DNA of 64,000 bases. Source: Eledone cirrhosa. Its lineage: Eukaryota. Below the pieces are notes generated by a model. The model was not told the DNA's origin. It saw nothing but the letters and a program-made list of their open reading frames with translations, and did no database searches. The stretch lies in NCBI GenBank assembly GCA_964016885.1, contig OZ024748.1, positions 50,716,001-50,780,000 of the forward strand, read 5' to 3'. The position numbers and the translations under genes were made by a program. Shown in pieces: positions 60,412-64,000 of the stretch. The first letter of the stretch is position 1; every line of letters begins with the position of its first letter.

Positions 60412-61330
60412 CGCGGCGGTGGATTAACAGGATCGGTAGAATATCGACAATATACTTTGTGGCATATATTTATGTCCCTTTACGTTATGAGTTCAAATCC
60501 CATCGAAGTTAGCTTTGGGTTTCATCCATGCGTGGTCGATTATCTAAAGTACCAGCCGATTGAACTAACGACTTTCCATTCCCCATAATTGTTGGCTTTA
60601 TGCCTAAATGAGAAACCATTATTATTATTTTTCAAATCCCGCTGGAATCGATAAAATAAAGTCCCAGTACCATACTGGTTCGATTCAATTGATTCCCCTA
60701 ACCCCAAACACTTTATGCTTAAATGAGACACCATTATTTCACACACGGTGGATTGGCAGTATCGGTAGAGGGTCAGACACCCACCATGCTTTGTAACATA
60801 AAGTTACGGCCCTTTACTGTCTGAGTTCAAATCCAGCCGAGGTTAACTTTGCCTTTCATCCTTACGGTGTCGATAAAATAAAGTACCAGTAATGCACTGA
60901 ATTAATTGCTGGCCTTGTGCCAAAAAGTAGAAACAATTATTACACATACGATGGATTGGCAGCTTTGGTAGAGGGTCGGACGCCATCCTTGAAACATGGA
61001 GTTACGGCCCTTTACTGTTCAAATCCCGCCGAGTTTAACTTTGCCCCTCACGTTTACGGGGTCCATAAAATAAAGTACCAGTAATGCACTGATATAATTT
61101 CTGGCATTGTGTCAAAAGTAGAAATAATTATTACACACACGATGGATTGGCAGCTTCGGTAGAGGGTCGGACGCCATGCTTTGAAACATGGAGTTACGGC
61201 TCTTTACTGTCTTAGTTCAAATCCCGCCGAGGTTAACTTTGCGTTTCACGTTTACGGACCTATAAAATAAAACACCAGTAATGCACTGGGGAAATTGCTG
61301 GCCTTGTGCCGAAAGTAGAATCAATTATTA
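60412..61330 (+). mobile_element. Head-to-tail cluster of SINE family 1 copies
   Basis: A diverged copy at 60412-60625, a fragment, then three full copies starting ~60746, 60950 and 61141. Confidence 0.85.
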
Positions 61331-61758
61331 CACACACCTATATTTTCAATGTGATATCTGAATAGATATGTATGCGGTCATGGTTACTCCATTCGAGATA
61401 ATCGACGGCGATTGCCACTATTAAGTTTGCTTCCATAAAATATTGCAGGTATAATGGAAACTCGAGATGTGCATCAATAAGAAATTAGATTTAAAAATGT
61501 TGATGCCAGCGACGAAACATCTTGTTAGCTGACTTGAAACCATGGGCCCGGACATCCCACATAAACTACCACATTCTCACCAAGACATGTGCATATGCAC
61601 GGCGAACAGCTACACTCTCGAATACCTTCACAAAAAGGTTACATGCATTAAGTCCCATCTGAAACTATTTGCAGGTTAAACTGGTAATATTTGTATGATC
61701 AACCCCTAGATCTTATTGCTCTCATTTCTCTTTGCTGTCCTTTTTAAACACGCTTATA

Positions 61759-61789
<31 letters not shown>

Positions 61790-61903
61790 GTGTGTGTGGG
61801 TGGGTGGGTGGGTGTGTATGTGTGTGTGTCTGTCTGTGTCTGTGCATGTATGTATAATATGCATACATATATATATGTATATGCATACATGTATATATAT
61901 GTG

Positions 61904-61940
<37 letters not shown>

Positions 61941-62168
61941 GAAAGTATGACCCCGACGGCAGAGCTCAAGCCGTTTTGACGGCTATTTCTGGACTAAATT
62001 AGAATGTTTATCCTGGTGAATAAATAGCCGAACTTGTCAAGATGGTACTTCCTTATATGGGAACATTGTAGTTGTCAAGAGGATTGGTTAAAATTTGTTG
62101 TAAACACAAATAAGTCTATCATGGCATTTGGTGGGAGGTAGGGCTGGCTGAACTTGCCTGTAGAACAA

Positions 62169-63132
62169 TACGTTACCCTTAACCTCGAAAATTAGCTGTA
62201 CTACCCATACAGCAAACCAAACGACAATCTGCACTACATCCACCGCCGCTCTAACCATCCTAGAAACATCACCAATAACCTCGTTAAAAACATCTCCCTT
62301 CGCATATCTCGTTTGTCCGCTAATGACCAGATATTCGACGATCACGCGCCTCATTGCGACCAGGCCCTCAACCGGAGTGGCTTCCGAGAGGAAATATTCT
62401 TTTATCCAGCTTCCCTTAGCGGAACCAGCAGGCGACACCGCTGCTCACGCAACGTAACATGGTTCAATCCTCACCACAATGCCGAGGTGGCAACACCTAT
62501 CGGGAAAATTTTCTTTAGACTCCTCGAAAAACACTTCCCACTACAACACCGCTACCACAACATAATCAACAAAAACACCACCAAACTCTCCTACAGTACC
62601 ACACCTAACTTCGCACAAAACATCTTCTCCTCAAACAACAAAAAACTCAACCCCTATGGAAGAAATAACCTCGACATCAGTGGAGAGCCGACCAGGAGGT
62701 GTAACTGCCCTGATAGATCTACGTGTCCCCTCAACAACAAAAGCCGAGAACGTAACGTGATCTACCAGTGCAACGTGAGGACGGACACCTCCAGCAAAGC
62801 TTATATAGGATTAACCGCGTGTGACCCGGCTCTACCAACACCGACATACTTTCCGAAACCCGGTCCGGGGACATGCCACTACACTTTCGTGCCACATCCG
62901 GGACCTCCAAGATAATAATATAACCTACAATTTCACTTGGAGCTTACTGTCCAGAGCTAACTCTTACACGGGAGGACGCCGTCCGTGTAACTTATGCTCG
63001 CAGGAAACATTACAAATGCTGTTTTCGAAGGACCAACTCCTAAACAAGAAAGACGAACTGGTAACCGCATGCAAACGCAGATTGCATAGGATTTACCTCG
63101 CCCTCAAACCCTATAAAGACCCGCGTGGGTAG
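62169..63132 (+). pseudogene. Disrupted Penelope RT C-terminus plus GIY-YIG endonuclease
   Basis: VTLNLEN*LYYPYSKPNDNLHYIHRRSNHP, RNVTWFNP, CNCPDRSTCPL, NVIYQC..AYIGLT and CNLCSQE, colinear with the 12454-13956 protein; a stop near 62193 and a frameshift near 62820. Confidence 0.88.
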
Positions 63133-63652
63133 ACAAGGGCTGATAAAACACACACATACTTACCGAATAAGTTAGGGAAAACCCCAGCTTACATAGGTAG
63201 ATGTCTTTGTCTTCTTCTTCTCCCTGTCTCATCCTATCACTTCCTTCCACCCCCTATTTTCTTCCTCGTCTGCTTTTCCCCTTTGACCTACCCCGATGCA
63301 GCCCATCGAGCCTTGTAGCATCAGTTACCCCACCCCTGTAATTTTAAGATAGAATTGGCCGAATACGTTTTACTAACTACTTATAGCAGATGTGTTAAAC
63401 CCCTTTAATTTTGTATCAGTTTTGTAATTTCTACAAGTGTTTTCTATTCTCAACTTATTAACCTGTAATTGTAAGATAGCATTGTGATTTTTTTTATTCA
63501 TTTCTCACTATCTAATTTTATATATTTTTTTATTTCTTTCTAGTATCTTTGGTTGTCTCGTACTGTCATTCAATTTACCTATCCTATAACCTCCCTCCCC
63601 CACTTCATACACTATCCTTAGAATCTGCTGTATACATATCATTTTCAACGCT

Positions 63653-63713
63653 TGACCGCTCCACTCACTCCCCTATTGTTTAACAGACAATAGGGGAGTG
63701 AGTGGAGCGGTCA
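63653..63713. other. Perfect 27-bp hairpin in the Penelope 3' UTR
   Basis: tgaccgctccactcactcccctattgt - ttaacag - acaataggggagtgagtggagcggtca. Confidence 0.9.
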
Positions 63714-63813
63714 GCCACCCTTACCTCCACAAAATGCAATGATAGACTTTTTGGGGTTTACAACAAATTTTAACCAATCCTCTTGACAACTACAATATTC
63801 CCATATAAGGAAG

Positions 63814-63912
63814 TACCCCCTTCACAAGTTCGGCTATTATTCAACAGGTTAAACATTCAAATTTAGTCCAGAAATAGCCGTCGAAACGGCTTGAGCTCTG
63901 CCGTCGGGGTCA
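63814..63912 (+). ncRNA. Hammerhead-like motif in the family A pLTR (5' core degenerate)
   Basis: Stem I acccc/ggggt; stem II cggctatt/aatagccg; GAAA-cggc..gccg-TC. The expected CTGANGA reads cttcacaa here and cttgacaa in the inverted copy. Confidence 0.5.
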
Positions 63913-64000
63913 TGCATTTTCCTATTTCCCACTCTACTACCCTAAGTATTGAGTACTCTGGTGCGTTATGGTCCATCTGGTTCCTTACCACAATTCCTTT

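Larger units (their letters stand above)
61935..64000 (+). mobile_element. 5'-truncated Penelope-like (Naiad-type) element with inverted pLTR, parent-type of family A
   Basis: 61935-62153 mirrors 63711-63925; RT thumb and GIY-YIG remnant; the tail runs to the window end; (TA)n on the left. Confidence 0.9.

Overview
This is not a prokaryotic window. It is very AT-rich, microsatellite-saturated eukaryotic DNA, and the SINE/LINE mix looks like a cephalopod (Octopus-like) intron or intergenic region; that taxon call is an inference. No host protein-coding exon can be supported, and nearly all listed ORFs are translations of (TA)n, (CA)n, (ATGT)n, (ACC)n or (GTT)n repeats. The real coding remnants all belong to retroelements. 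Two are 5'-truncated Penelope-like elements (RT C-terminus plus GIY-YIG endonuclease, Naiad-like) at 8.95-15.5 kb (-) and 61.9-64 kb (+), each with an inverted terminal copy and a hammerhead ribozyme (HHR) motif. The others are R4/NeSL-type and L1/Tx1-type LINE relics and an RTE LINE 3' end with three C2H2-like fingers. Also present are two bipartite RTE-derived non-autonomous families in (ATGT)n, two tRNA-SINE families and a hAT MITE with an 8-bp TSD. The most striking pattern is a dense set of short non-coding inserts in (TA)n tracts, from roughly ten unrelated sequence families. They repeat the architecture of the large Penelope copies (inverted fold-back copy, direct HHR-bearing copy, unique 3' tail), and some form tandem 162-211 bp ribozyme units that resemble retrozymes.
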